Source of the DNA: Myxococcales bacterium
Lineage (GTDB): Bacteria > Myxococcota_A > Polyangia > Polyangiales > DASUME01
Direction of reading: 5' to 3'
Assembly (NCBI GenBank): GCA_047601445.1
Contig: JASGJH010000001.1
Coordinates: forward strand, 1,856,001-1,920,000
Length of the DNA stretch: 64,000 nt
Position 1 is the stretch's first letter. Every line of letters starts with the position of its first letter. A model generated the notes under the pieces. That model saw only the letters and a list, made by a program, of their open reading frames with translations, had not been told where the DNA came from and did no database searches. This document shows, piece by piece, positions 53,025 through 62,602 of the stretch. Position numbers and translations under genes: made by a program.

Positions 53025-56000
53025 TCAGTTGGTGGTCTGGGAGCCCCGCGAACGCCCCATGCCCGGCGGAAACACACTGTCGTTACGCTGCTCGCCCAAG
53101 AACACGCGCAGCAGCGCAGGCAGCAACACCAGACCCAGCAGGGTGCTCGAGACCATGCCGCCGATGACCGCGGTGGCCAACGGACGTTGCACCTCGCTGC
53201 CGGCCGACGACGACACCGCCATGGGCAGAAATCCGATGGACGCCACGGTGGCAGTGAGCAGCATCGGACGCAGCACCGCCACGGCGCCGTGCACCAGCGG
53301 CTCCTCGTCACGGCCTTCCTGCATGCGCCTGCGGATCTCGCTCGCCATCACTACGCCGTTGAGCACCGCGATACCGCACAGGGCGATGAACCCGACCGCC
53401 GCGGGAATGCTGAAGGGCATGCCCCGTAGCTTGAGCGCGACCACGCCGCCGATCAGCGCGAAGGGCACGCCCGAGAACACGGCGCCCGCATAGCGCACGT
53501 TGCCGAAGGTCATCATCAGCATCACGAAGATGATCACGAGGGCCACCGGCAGCACCACGCCCAGGCGCGCACTGGCACGCTCGAAGTTCTCGAACTGCCC
53601 TCCCCAGGTGATCCAGTAGTCTTCGGGCAACGGCACGCCGGCCGCGACGCGCTCCTTGGCGTCCTGTACGAAGCTCAATAGGTCGCGTCCTCGAATGTTC
53701 ACGTCGATGCGCAGGCGCCGCGACATGCTGTGACGGCTGATCTGCGCGGGTCCGTCCTCCTCGGCGATGTTCGCCACCTGCGCGAGCGGCACCAGCTTTC
53801 CGTCGCGCGAGCCGATGGGCAGGCGACCGAAGTCCTCGGGGCGCTGCGTCAGAGGCGGCAACATCACGCGCAGCTCGTAGCGGCGTTGATCCTCGAACAC
53901 GTAGCCTACCCGGCGTCCCTGCCGGCTGGCCTGCACCGCCGAGAGCACCTCATCGGCCGGGATGCCGAGTCGCGCCAGACGCCCACGGTCGGCGCGGATC
54001 TGCAGCATGGGCAACCCCAACGCACGCTCCACGCGCACGTCGCCCGCGCCCGGGGTTTTCTGAAGAATGCGCCCGATGCGACGGCCGAGGTCGGCAAGCT
54101 TGTGCAGGTCCGTCCCGAACAGCTGGATGGCCACGTCGGCGCGCGAGCCCGAGATCATCTCGTTGGTACGGTCCTCGATGGGCTGGGAGATGGAGACGAA
54201 GGTGGCCGGCACCTCGCGCTCGATGGCGCTCTTCATCTGCTCGCCCAGGGCGTCGAGATCGTGGGCGGTGGTCCACGTCTCCTTGGGCCGCAGCTTTACC
54301 AGCAGGTCGCTATTGTCCATGCCCACCGGGTCGACGGCGACCTCCGCGCGTCCCGTCATGGACAGGGTGGTCTCCACCTCGGGAAAGCGCTTGAGCACTT
54401 TCTGCACGGCCAGATCGAGCTTCCTGGCCTCGCCGAAGCCCACGCTCGGAATGCGCCGCATGGCGACCACGATGTCGCCCTCGTCGATGCGCGGCACGAA
54501 GTCCGCACCGAGCGACGCCCCCACCGGCACGGAGAGCAAGAGCGCCGCGCAGGCCACCGCGATCAGCAGCCCACGCCGCTCGAGCGCGCTGCGCACCAGT
54601 CGCTCGTAAGGGGCATCGAGGCGCGACAGCCAGCCGCCGTGGTGGCCCGTCTCGCGCAGCAAGCGTGCGGCGCCGGCGGGAAACGTGAACAGCGAGAAGA
54701 TCACGCTGCCGAACAGGGCCAGCGCCATGGTGGTGGCCATGGGCCGGAACATCTTGCCTTCGGTGCCCTCGAGCGTGAGCAGCGGCACGTAGACCAGCAA
54801 GATGATCAGCACCGAGAAAACCACTGGCCGCGTCACCTGCTTGAGACTGTCGCGGATCAAGGCGGGTCGGTTGTGGGAGGTCACCTGGCTCAGCGCGAGC
54901 TTGGCGATCACCGCCTCCGCCATCACGATGGGTCCATCCACCAAGAGCCCGAAGTCGATGGCGCCGAGGGACATCAAGCTGCCGGTCACGCCGAGCTGCA
55001 ACATCCCGATCAGCGCGATCAGCATCGACACTGGAATGCCCAGCGTCACCAGCAAGCTGGCGCGCCAGGAGCCCAAGAAGACCAGAATCACCAGGCCCAC
55101 CAAGAGCGCGCCCTCCACCAGGTTGGTGGCCACGGTCTTGAGCGTACGCTCGATGAAGCTCGCGCGATCATACACGGTCTCGATCCGGGCTCCCTGGGGT
55201 AGCTTCTTGCGCAGCTTCTCGATCTTCGCCTTCACGGCCTGCACCACGTCGCGCGAGTTCTCGCCCACCAGCATCAACACCGTGCCGGTCACGGCCTCGT
55301 GCGTGCCGTCCTGGGTGACCACGCCCTGCGGCAGCGCCGCTCCCAGACGTGCGTCTCCCAAGCGCTTGATCTGCACGGGGGTCCCATCGGCGTCGGAGGC
55401 CACGACCACGTCGAGGATCTCGCCGAGGTTCTTGAGCTGCGCCTCACCGCGGATCACGAGCTGCTCGCTGCCGCTCTCGATCCAGCCCCCGCCCACGTTG
55501 GCGTTGTTGCGCTCGAGCGCCTCGAGCACCTGGCTCAGCGTCAGACGGTGCGCCGCCAGCTTGGCCGGGTCGAGCACCACCTGGTACTCCTTGGCGGCCC
55601 CGCCCATGGCGTTCACTTCGATGACCCCGGGGACGCTGCGCAGCGCGGGGATCAGCTCCCACTGCAAGAGCCCGCGCAGTTCCATCGGCGAGTGTCGATC
55701 GCTCTCCAGCACGAACTGATAGATCTCACCGAGTCCCGTGGACACAGGCGCGAGCTGAGGTTTCCCGAACTCGGGCGGGATATCGGCCTCGATCTCACGC
55801 AGGCGCTCCGAGACGATCTGGCGTGCGAACCAGATGTCCATGCTCTCCTTGAAGACCACCGTCACGGCGCTCAGGCCGCTGCGGGTCACGGATCGCAATT
55901 CGTCGAGGCGCGGAAGACCGTTGAGGCCCATTTCCACCGGGAAGGTGACGAAGCGCTCCATCTCCTCGGCGGACAACCCGGGGGCCTCGGTGAGCACCAC

Positions 56001-56141
56001 CACCTGCACGTTGGTCACGTCCGGCACGGCATCGATGGGCAACGTGGGCAAGAGCAGCCCGCCGGCCACGCAGATCAATGCGCTGACCAATAGCACCAAC
56101 CCGCTGCGGCGAATCGCGAACTCAACCAGACTTTCGAGCAA
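53025..56141 (-). CDS. czcA: CusA/CzcA-family heavy-metal efflux RND transporter
   Basis: PIDAVPDVTNVQV, GAIDFGLLVDG, EGKMFRPMA, GIAVLNG, LRPMLLT, EVQRPLAT; TTG start at 56141 chosen. Confidence 0.92.
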   Translation of the reverse strand: MLESLVEFAIRRSGLVLLVSALICVAGGLLLPTLPIDAVPDVTNVQVVVLTEAPGLSAEEMERFVTFPVEMGLNGLPRLDELRSVTRSGLSAVTVVFKESMDIWFARQIVSERLREIEADIPPEFGKPQLAPVSTGLGEIYQFVLESDRHSPMELRGLLQWELIPALRSVPGVIEVNAMGGAAKEYQVVLDPAKLAAHRLTLSQVLEALERNNANVGGGWIESGSEQLVIRGEAQLKNLGEILDVVVASDADGTPVQIKRLGDARLGAALPQGVVTQDGTHEAVTGTVLMLVGENSRDVVQAVKAKIEKLRKKLPQGARIETVYDRASFIERTLKTVATNLVEGALLVGLVILVFLGSWRASLLVTLGIPVSMLIALIGMLQLGVTGSLMSLGAIDFGLLVDGPIVMAEAVIAKLALSQVTSHNRPALIRDSLKQVTRPVVFSVLIILLVYVPLLTLEGTEGKMFRPMATTMALALFGSVIFSLFTFPAGAARLLRETGHHGGWLSRLDAPYERLVRSALERRGLLIAVACAALLLSVPVGASLGADFVPRIDEGDIVVAMRRIPSVGFGEARKLDLAVQKVLKRFPEVETTLSMTGRAEVAVDPVGMDNSDLLVKLRPKETWTTAHDLDALGEQMKSAIEREVPATFVSISQPIEDRTNEMISGSRADVAIQLFGTDLHKLADLGRRIGRILQKTPGAGDVRVERALGLPMLQIRADRGRLARLGIPADEVLSAVQASRQGRRVGYVFEDQRRYELRVMLPPLTQRPEDFGRLPIGSRDGKLVPLAQVANIAEEDGPAQISRHSMSRRLRIDVNIRGRDLLSFVQDAKERVAAGVPLPEDYWITWGGQFENFERASARLGVVLPVALVIIFVMLMMTFGNVRYAGAVFSGVPFALIGGVVALKLRGMPFSIPAAVGFIALCGIAVLNGVVMASEIRRRMQEGRDEEPLVHGAVAVLRPMLLTATVASIGFLPMAVSSSAGSEVQRPLATAVIGGMVSSTLLGLVLLPALLRVFLGEQRNDSVFPPGMGRSRGSQTTN

Positions 56142-56414
56142 TTTCCTGCCGCCCTTTCGAGGCCAGCCGAGCAAATTCGACGAGGCTTCGGAAGCTGACT
56201 CCAGCTGGCGCCCGATCGCAAGTACAAGCGTTGATTGAGGCATTCGGACGGCTTGCTCTGGGACGGTCTATCAGCTCTGAAAGGACTGCCGAATTTCCCA
56301 TTGCGTTGGAGGTTTTGGCCTTGAATGCTGGCCGCACCGAGCTCGCTCCCGGTGGCGCGCGGCAGCGGTGCGCGTACCTGGGCTGCAACCTTGGCGACGA
56401 CAGGGAGGTAGCTG

Positions 56415-56777
56415 ATGGGAGAAGTGAAGGAGTACGTCGGCGGCTGTCACTGCGGCAAGGTCCGCTATCGCGTGTCGCTCGACCTGAGCGCTCCCGCCAT
56501 TTCCTGCAACTGTTCGATCTGCGGACGCACCGGCACGCTTTTGACCTTCGTTCCGGCCGACAAGTTCACGCTCGAGCAGGGCGAGGACGCGCTGACCGAC
56601 TACCAGTTCAACAAGAAGATCATCCACCACTTGTTCTGCGCCACCTGCGGCGTGCGCTCCTTCGCACGTGGCCAGATGCCGGATGGAAGCCCCATGGTGG
56701 CGATCAACGCGCGCTGCCTCGAGGGCGTGGAGGTCGACAAGCTCCCGCTGCGGCATTTCGACGGCAAGAGCCGCTGA
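56415..56777 (+). CDS. GFA/CENP-V family protein
   Basis: GGCHCG.VR, CNCSIC, FCATCG; SD GGAGG. Confidence 0.93.
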   Translation: MGEVKEYVGGCHCGKVRYRVSLDLSAPAISCNCSICGRTGTLLTFVPADKFTLEQGEDALTDYQFNKKIIHHLFCATCGVRSFARGQMPDGSPMVAINARCLEGVEVDKLPLRHFDGKSR

Positions 56778-56818
56778 GGTCGTGACCCGGAGCCGGATGT
56801 CCCCGCCACTCTAGGGAC

Positions 56819-58309
56819 ATGATCCGCAGCTACTGGTTCCTTGGGTTGACCGCACTGGCCCTTTCATCCTGCGCCCACGACCCCGCCTCTTCGGGGCGGG
56901 GCACGATGGACGACGAGGCGACCGCCGGGGACGGGGACTCCGACTCGAACGCGGGCGACGGGGACAACGCTGATGGGGACAACGGTGATGGGGACGACGG
57001 TGATGGGGACGACGACGGCGACGGCGACGGCACGAGCAACGGCGACGGAGACGGCGATGCGCCGAGCGCTGGGCCGCGAGTCGACAATCCGTTCCTGAAC
57101 GCCAAGGGGTACGTGAACCCGGAGTGGCGAGCCAAGGCCATGGGCGAGCCGGGCGGCGACCGCGTGGCCAACACGCCCACCGCGGTTTGGCTCGACCGCA
57201 TCGCGGCCATCGCGGGCACCCCGAACAGCGCATCCAACGGTCCGATGGGCCTAGCCGATCACCTCGACGCGGCGCTGGCGCAAAAGGCCGATTACGCCCA
57301 GTTCGTCATCTACAACCTGCCTGGACGCGACTGTTCGGCGCTCGCCTCGAACGGTGAGCTCGGCCCCGACGAGCTGCCACGCTACAAGTCGGACTACATC
57401 GACGCGATTGCCAGCATCATGGGCAAACCCAAGTACGCAGCCCTGCGCATCGTGAACGTGATCGAAGTGGACTCGCTGCCGAACCTGGTCACCAACACCA
57501 GCGTGGCGAAATGCGCGCAGATGAAGACCAACGGTGCCTACGTCGCGGGAGTGGCCTATGCCCTCCAAAAGTTGGGCGCCCTCACCAACGTATACAACTA
57601 CGTGGACGCCGGGCATCACGGCTGGCTCGGCTGGGACACCAACATGAACCCGTCGGCCGAGCTCTTCCATCAAGTCGCGATGCAGGCGGGCATTCATACC
57701 GTGCAGGGATTCATCACCAACACGTCGAACTATTCGGCCCTGCACGAGCCATTTTTCAGCGCCGAAACGCAGCTCAATGGGCAATCCGTACGTCAAGCCA
57801 AGTGGGTGGACTGGAACTTCTACGTGGACGAGCTGTCGTTCGCCCAGGCGTTTCGCCAGAAGCTCGTCTCCCTCGGGTTCGACGACACCATCGGCATGCT
57901 CATCGACACCTCGCGCAACGGCTGGGGCGGGGCGGCACGCCCGAGCAAAGCCAGCACCTCGACCGATGTGAACACCTTCGTGGACCAGTCCCGTATCGAC
58001 CGCCGCGTGCATGCCGGCAACTGGTGCAATCAATCCGGAGCGGGCTTGGGCGAGCGCCCGAAAGCGGCCCCCGCGGCAGGCATCGACGCCTATGTCTGGA
58101 TCAAGCCGCCCGGCGAGTCTGACGGCTCCAGCAGCGCCATCCAGAACAGCGAGGGTAAGGGCTTCGACCGCATGTGCGATCCCACCTATGGCGGCAATGA
58201 GCGCAACGGCAACAGCGCCACCGGCGCGCTTCCCAATGCCCCCCTCGCCGGGGCCTGGTTTTCGAGCCAGTTCCGCCAGCTGATGGACAATGCTTATCCC
58301 CCGCTGTGA
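56819..58309 (+). CDS. Glycoside hydrolase family 6 (cellobiohydrolase-like) lipoprotein with Gly-Asp linker
   Basis: Lipobox LSSC; AVWLDRI, YNLPGRDC, IEVDSLPN, DAGHHGWLGW, IDTSRNG, GNWCNQ, WIKPPGESDG. Confidence 0.93.
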   Translation: MIRSYWFLGLTALALSSCAHDPASSGRGTMDDEATAGDGDSDSNAGDGDNADGDNGDGDDGDGDDDGDGDGTSNGDGDGDAPSAGPRVDNPFLNAKGYVNPEWRAKAMGEPGGDRVANTPTAVWLDRIAAIAGTPNSASNGPMGLADHLDAALAQKADYAQFVIYNLPGRDCSALASNGELGPDELPRYKSDYIDAIASIMGKPKYAALRIVNVIEVDSLPNLVTNTSVAKCAQMKTNGAYVAGVAYALQKLGALTNVYNYVDAGHHGWLGWDTNMNPSAELFHQVAMQAGIHTVQGFITNTSNYSALHEPFFSAETQLNGQSVRQAKWVDWNFYVDELSFAQAFRQKLVSLGFDDTIGMLIDTSRNGWGGAARPSKASTSTDVNTFVDQSRIDRRVHAGNWCNQSGAGLGERPKAAPAAGIDAYVWIKPPGESDGSSSAIQNSEGKGFDRMCDPTYGGNERNGNSATGALPNAPLAGAWFSSQFRQLMDNAYPPL

Positions 58310-58461
58310 GGCTCCGCAGGTCCGAAAAGACAGCGGCCAGGCCCCCAAAGCCACTCGTCGAGCGCGCCGCGCGAAGTACGCCCGGCGATCGTTGTGAGCC
58401 GGCTCGCCAGCGTGCAAAAAGACAGTCGCCGCCGCTGTGCCGCGATGTAGTCTTCGGGCCC

Positions 58462-59379
58462 ATGAAGCCCCTGCTTGCACTGTCTGGACTCGGCCTGATC
58501 GCCGGCGTCGCCAGCGCCGCCTGCACCACCACGCCTCCCACGTTGCCCGGGACCTCCGACTTCGACGCGAGCGCTTCCTCCCAGGGGGACGGCGATGGCG
58601 ACGGCGATGCGGTCGAAGCCGAGTGCGAGGAAGGGGACGTCGAGACCTGCAAGTGCCCCGCTGGAAACGACGGGCCCAAGACCGGCAAGAAGGCGTGCGT
58701 GGGAGGCGAGTACACGTCCTGCAACGGTTGCTTCGACGACGAGAAGTCGAGCAGCAAGTGCGTACCGGGACGCTACGCGGGTCGTTACCAGATGACCTAC
58801 ACGCCTGGCCCGGCCGGCATCTGCGGTTTGGCCACGCTCTTCGGCGGCGCGGGCGGCGGCAACTGGTCCTTCGACATCGAGAAGAGCGACGGCGAAGAGT
58901 TCTACACGGTGGGCAACGGCTGCCTCATCGGCAAGACCGACAACGTCGATGCAGGCGTGGTGCAGGCAGGGGCCGAGGCGTTCGCCAATGGCGTGGTGAT
59001 GCGCGCTCAGATCACGGGCGTGGTGGATTGCGCCACCGGCGAGCTCAAGGGCGAGCTCCGTGGCTACTATCGCTCCACCAGCTTCTGCGGCCTCGGCATC
59101 GCGCAGGACAACTTCTTCTTCAAAGGCCCGGTCAGCGGCAAGTTCGATCCCGCGACCAGCAGCTTCAAGGAAGGTGTGATCGTCATGCGCGAACCCGAGG
59201 TGGCGCTGCCGCTGGCGGGCCAGCCCGGTGGCAAAGGCACCTGGACCGCCGAGCTCAACGGCGACGAAGGCGATTCCGGCGTGACGCTCGATGCAGACGC
59301 CAGCACGGCCGGTGGTTGCTTGAACGGGGTAATGTTCAAGGACTTCCCCCTGCCCGACTACGACGCCGGGAGCCCCTGA
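58462..59379 (+). CDS. Cys-rich lipoprotein of unknown function
   Basis: Signal/lipobox ASAAC, GDGDGDGD linker, multiple Cys; strong GC3 bias. Confidence 0.75.
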   Translation: MKPLLALSGLGLIAGVASAACTTTPPTLPGTSDFDASASSQGDGDGDGDAVEAECEEGDVETCKCPAGNDGPKTGKKACVGGEYTSCNGCFDDEKSSSKCVPGRYAGRYQMTYTPGPAGICGLATLFGGAGGGNWSFDIEKSDGEEFYTVGNGCLIGKTDNVDAGVVQAGAEAFANGVVMRAQITGVVDCATGELKGELRGYYRSTSFCGLGIAQDNFFFKGPVSGKFDPATSSFKEGVIVMREPEVALPLAGQPGGKGTWTAELNGDEGDSGVTLDADASTAGGCLNGVMFKDFPLPDYDAGSP

Positions 59380-59439
59380 GCAGACCCGAGTCGACGCGCG
59401 TGTGTCGACCTGTGCCAGGACCAAGTCTGAAAAACCGAG

Positions 59440-59800
59440 CCAGCGTGCCCGTCGCGCGCACCGCCCTCGACCGGATTCTGCGCGACGAGGTGCGGCACCG
59501 CGAGTTCGGCTGGGCGCCCTTGGCCTGGCTGCTCGAAACGCCGTTAGGCGACGCCTTTCGCGAGTGATTGCAGAGCACGCTGCCGCCGATGCTGGAGCGC
59601 GTGCGCCAGAACTACGGCGGCGTGGCGCTCGACAGGGCGGGAGCGGAAGCCCTGGCGCGTTCCGCTGCGCGCACTTCGGCGAACGCCCAAGCCTGGGGTG
59701 TGATGCCGCTCTCGGACTACGTGGCCAGCGTCGAAGAGACCTTCCAGCGTGACTACACGACGCGCTTCCGCGAGCTCGGGATCGCTGTCTGCTGCGAGGT
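59440..59800 (+). pseudogene. Remnant of a ferritin-like domain gene
   Basis: ARTALDRILRDEVRHREFGW (ExxH ligand helix) with no N-terminal half and an in-frame TGA at 59565-59567; boundaries approximate. Confidence 0.6.
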
Positions 59801-59842
59801 CGAATGGCCGCGGCGCAGCCGGGCGGGAATGTGCGCGGTGCC

Positions 59843-59858
59843 TGGTGCGAGCTTTGCA
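59843..59858 (+). promoter_or_regulatory. Sigma54 (-24/-12) promoter upstream of the BON gene
   Basis: TGGTGCGAGCTTTGCA, GG-N10-GC with TTGCA. Confidence 0.6.
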
Positions 59859-59935
59859 AACTTGGGAAGCGAACGTTCTTTCACGCCGTATCTGGTGAAA
59901 GGGACCACGCAGCTATGACTCGCAGGAACGACACA

Positions 59936-60220
59936 ATGAACGAATTGTCGCCAGCGCCCGCCACCAGTTCGATCCGTCAGGTGCACCCGGTCGGTTCCGG
60001 TGACGCCGAAATCCGCAGGCGCGTACTGCAGGAGATGCAGCGGCGCCCGAGCCTGGACATCGGGCTGCTCTCGATCCAGGTGGGCAACGGCGTGGTAACG
60101 CTGCGGGGAGAAGTGCCGAGCATCGCGGAGCTGCCCACCCTGGCGCGCGCCATCCGCAACATCCCCGCCGTGCACGAGCTGCGTTCCGAGCTCAAGGTGT
60201 TGCGGCGTCGCCCTCGCTAA
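59936..60220 (+). CDS. Single BON-domain protein
   Basis: DAEIRRRV...LSIQVGNGVVTLRGEV...IPAVHELRSEL; start 59915 or 59936. Confidence 0.75.
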   Translation: MNELSPAPATSSIRQVHPVGSGDAEIRRRVLQEMQRRPSLDIGLLSIQVGNGVVTLRGEVPSIAELPTLARAIRNIPAVHELRSELKVLRRRPR

Positions 60221-60499
60221 CCAATCGCGATGAATACGGCAAGTTGCTTCTCGCAGCCAGCCGAGATCCTCGACCGTCGCGTCGAGCCAATCCGTGAGCG
60301 TGGCCCTGGCCGTTGTCGCTCGCGTGATGTGGCCGCGCTGAGCGGGAACCAAATCGTGAAGGTGACCGATGCCGCACTCCGCTCACGGGTATTGATCACG
60401 GCCCCGGCGTCGTTCCAGCTCACGAGCGCGGCCACCATCACGGGCGCGCTCACGTCGACATCCACGGCCACGCAATGGCCTCGGCGTCCACCGGGTCTC

Positions 60500-60522
60500 G
60501 ATCGCACATTCCATGTGCGATC
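60500..60522. terminator. 10-bp hairpin just downstream of the CMD gene
   Basis: GATCGCACAT-TCC-ATGTGCGATC; no U-tract. Confidence 0.35.
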
Positions 60523-60536
60523 AGTTCGGACCCGAC

Positions 60537-60986
60537 TCATTCACTGCGCGTGGGTGGCACGTTGCGGAAGGTCACGCCGAAGCGATTCCAGGCGTTGATG
60601 GCCGCAATCGCTAGCACCAGCTCCACCAGCTGTCTGTCGCCGAACTCCGCGCACGCGGCAGCATAGATGTCGTCGGGCACACCGTCGGGCCCGAGCTGCG
60701 TCACCGCCTCCGCGAAGGCCAGGGCCACGCGCTCGCGCTGGCTGAAGAAGGTTGTCTCCTGCCAGACCGCGACCGTGTAGACGCGCTGCTCGCGCTCGCC
60801 CCGCTTGCGCAGGTCGTGGGAGTGCAGATCGACGCAATAGGCGCATCCGTTGAGCTGGGACACGCGCAGATACACGAGATCGATCAGGACGTCCCCGAGC
60901 TCCGACTTGCGGACCGCATTCTCCATGGACATCAGCGCCTTGAGGGCTTCGGGGTAAACCTCGCGGTGGTTCAATCGAGCTTGCAT
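60537..60986 (-). CDS. Carboxymuconolactone decarboxylase/AhpD-like protein
   Basis: LV.LRVSQLNGCAYCVDLH, FSQRERVAL..AEAVT, INAWNR; SD GGAGG. Confidence 0.93.
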   Translation of the reverse strand: MQARLNHREVYPEALKALMSMENAVRKSELGDVLIDLVYLRVSQLNGCAYCVDLHSHDLRKRGEREQRVYTVAVWQETTFFSQRERVALAFAEAVTQLGPDGVPDDIYAAACAEFGDRQLVELVLAIAAINAWNRFGVTFRNVPPTRSE

Positions 60987-61020
60987 CGTGTCCTCCTGCT
61001 TCTGCTTGCGGGATAGCGCC

Positions 61021-61071
61021 AAAGTGGACTATCGATAAGGTCCACTTTTCGGAACCAATACTGGACCACTT
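61021..61071. promoter_or_regulatory. Probable MocR-family operator
   Basis: Inverted repeat AAAGTGGAC-N10-GTCCACTTT (61021-61048) plus TGGACCACTT (61062-61071), between the divergent genes. Confidence 0.6.
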
Positions 61072-61074
61072 CGA

Positions 61075-62545
61075 ATGCCACCGCGCGCCAGCCTCGATTT
61101 TCCCCTGCTCGTGTCGCCGGGACGCGCGCCCTACCACCGCGCGCTTTACGAAGCTTTGCGCGCTGCCATCCTCGAAGGCCGCCTGGCACCGGGCGCGCGC
61201 CTGCCTGCGACACGCGCGCTAGCGAATCAGCTCGGCGTGGCGCGTGGCACCGTGGTGCTCGCTTTTGAGCAGCTGCACGGTGAGGGCTACCTGGAGACCC
61301 GAGTGGGTTCCGGGACCCGTGTCTCCGAGCAGCTGCCGGACAGCTGGTTCGCCGTGCCGAGCCCGCGCGAACGGCCGCGCCCCCCGCTCTCCCCGCCCGC
61401 GCTCTCGCGCTGGGCGCGCGACCTGGGGCCCACTCCGTTTCCGCTCGGCACGCCGAGCCGGCTCAAGCCGTTCATGGCGCACGTGCCAGACCTGGCGAGC
61501 TTCCCGCACGAAGCATGGAGCCGCGTGCTCGCGCGCCGAGTGCGGCGCGGAGAGAGCAGTTTGCTGACCAGCGCCGACGCAGGAGGTCTGCTGCCGCTGC
61601 GGGCACATCTGGCGGAGTACCTCAAGCGAGCGCGCGGCGTGATCTGCAAGCCGGAGCAGGTAGTGATCACGCCGAGCCTGCAGCAGACCCTGTATCTGGT
61701 GGCGCGCCTGGTGGTGGACCCCGGCGCGGCCATCTGGATGGAGGAGCCCGGCTACCAGGGAGCGCACGCGGCCTTTCGCGCCGCCTCGGCCAAGCTCGTA
61801 CCCGTCGAGGTCGACGCCCAGGGCTTGAACGTGAGCCAGGGCATCGCGCGCGCGCCCCACGCCCGGCTGGTCTACGTGACGCCGGCCCACCAGGCGCCGT
61901 TGGGCGTGACACTCAGCATGGAGCGCAGGATTCAGCTGTTGGCCTGGGCCGAGAAGGCACGCGCCTACGTGTTCGAGGACGACTACGACAGCGAATACCG
62001 TTACGAGGGGCCGCCGCTACCTGCGCTGCAGGGGCTCGATTCGAGCGGGCCTGGTGATCCACGCGGGCACGTTCAGCAAGAGCATGTTCCCGGCGCTCAG
62101 GCTCTCCTACGTGGTGTTGCCGGAGCCGCTGTGCGAACCCTTCGTGCGGGCCAAGAGCATCGTGAGCCGCTACGTGGCCTTGTTGCCGCAGGCTGCACTG
62201 CTCGACTTCATGGAGAGCGGTGAATTCGGGCGCCACCTGCGGCGCATGCGCGAGCGCTACGCGGAGCGGCACCAGGCGCTGGTGGAAGCGCTCGCCAGCG
62301 AGCTGCCGAGCGTTCGCGTGGCGGGCGGCGCGGCCGGGCTCGAGCTCAGCGTGTGGTTGCCCGAGAAACTGCAGGAGGCGCGCGCCACGGAGCTGCTGCG
62401 GCAGGCCGAGATCTACGTGCAAACACTGGGCGAACACCGCCTACGCAAGAGCGCCCAGGGCGGGCTCCTGCTCGGCTTCGCCGCGTTCTCTGCGCGCAGG
62501 ATGCGGAGTCATGTGGGGGAGATGAGGCGAGCCCTCAACCTCTAA
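61075..62545 (+). pseudogene. MocR/GabR-family regulator (GntR HTH + PLP aminotransferase domain) with a single-base frameshift
   Basis: RLPATRALA..LGVARGTV, EEPGY, YVTPAHQ.PLG, EDDYDSEYRY in the first frame; VIHAGTFSKSMFPALRL in the next frame; removing one G at 62047-62049 restores DSSGLVIHAGTFSK. Confidence 0.85.
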
Positions 62546-62567
62546 AGATCAGTCCCAAGGTCCCCGC

Positions 62568-62587
62568 GCACGGGCATGTTTACGGGG
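62568..62587. repeat. Short dispersed repeat family B, copy 2
   Basis: GCACGGGCATGTTTACGGGG within an AAGGTCCCCG/CGGGGTCCTT imperfect stem; lies between convergent genes. Confidence 0.45.
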
Positions 62588-62602
62588 TCCTTTTCCAATC
62601 CC

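Noticed and set aside
59565..59567. Selenocysteine or programmed readthrough at the in-frame TGA
   Set aside because: The position is not a Cys/redox site, no convincing SECIS-like hairpin is evident, and the gene also lacks its 5' half
60217..60540. 107-aa ORF overlapping the CMD gene stop
   Set aside because: No recognisable motif, weak codon bias, and it begins across a hairpin; cannot be supported
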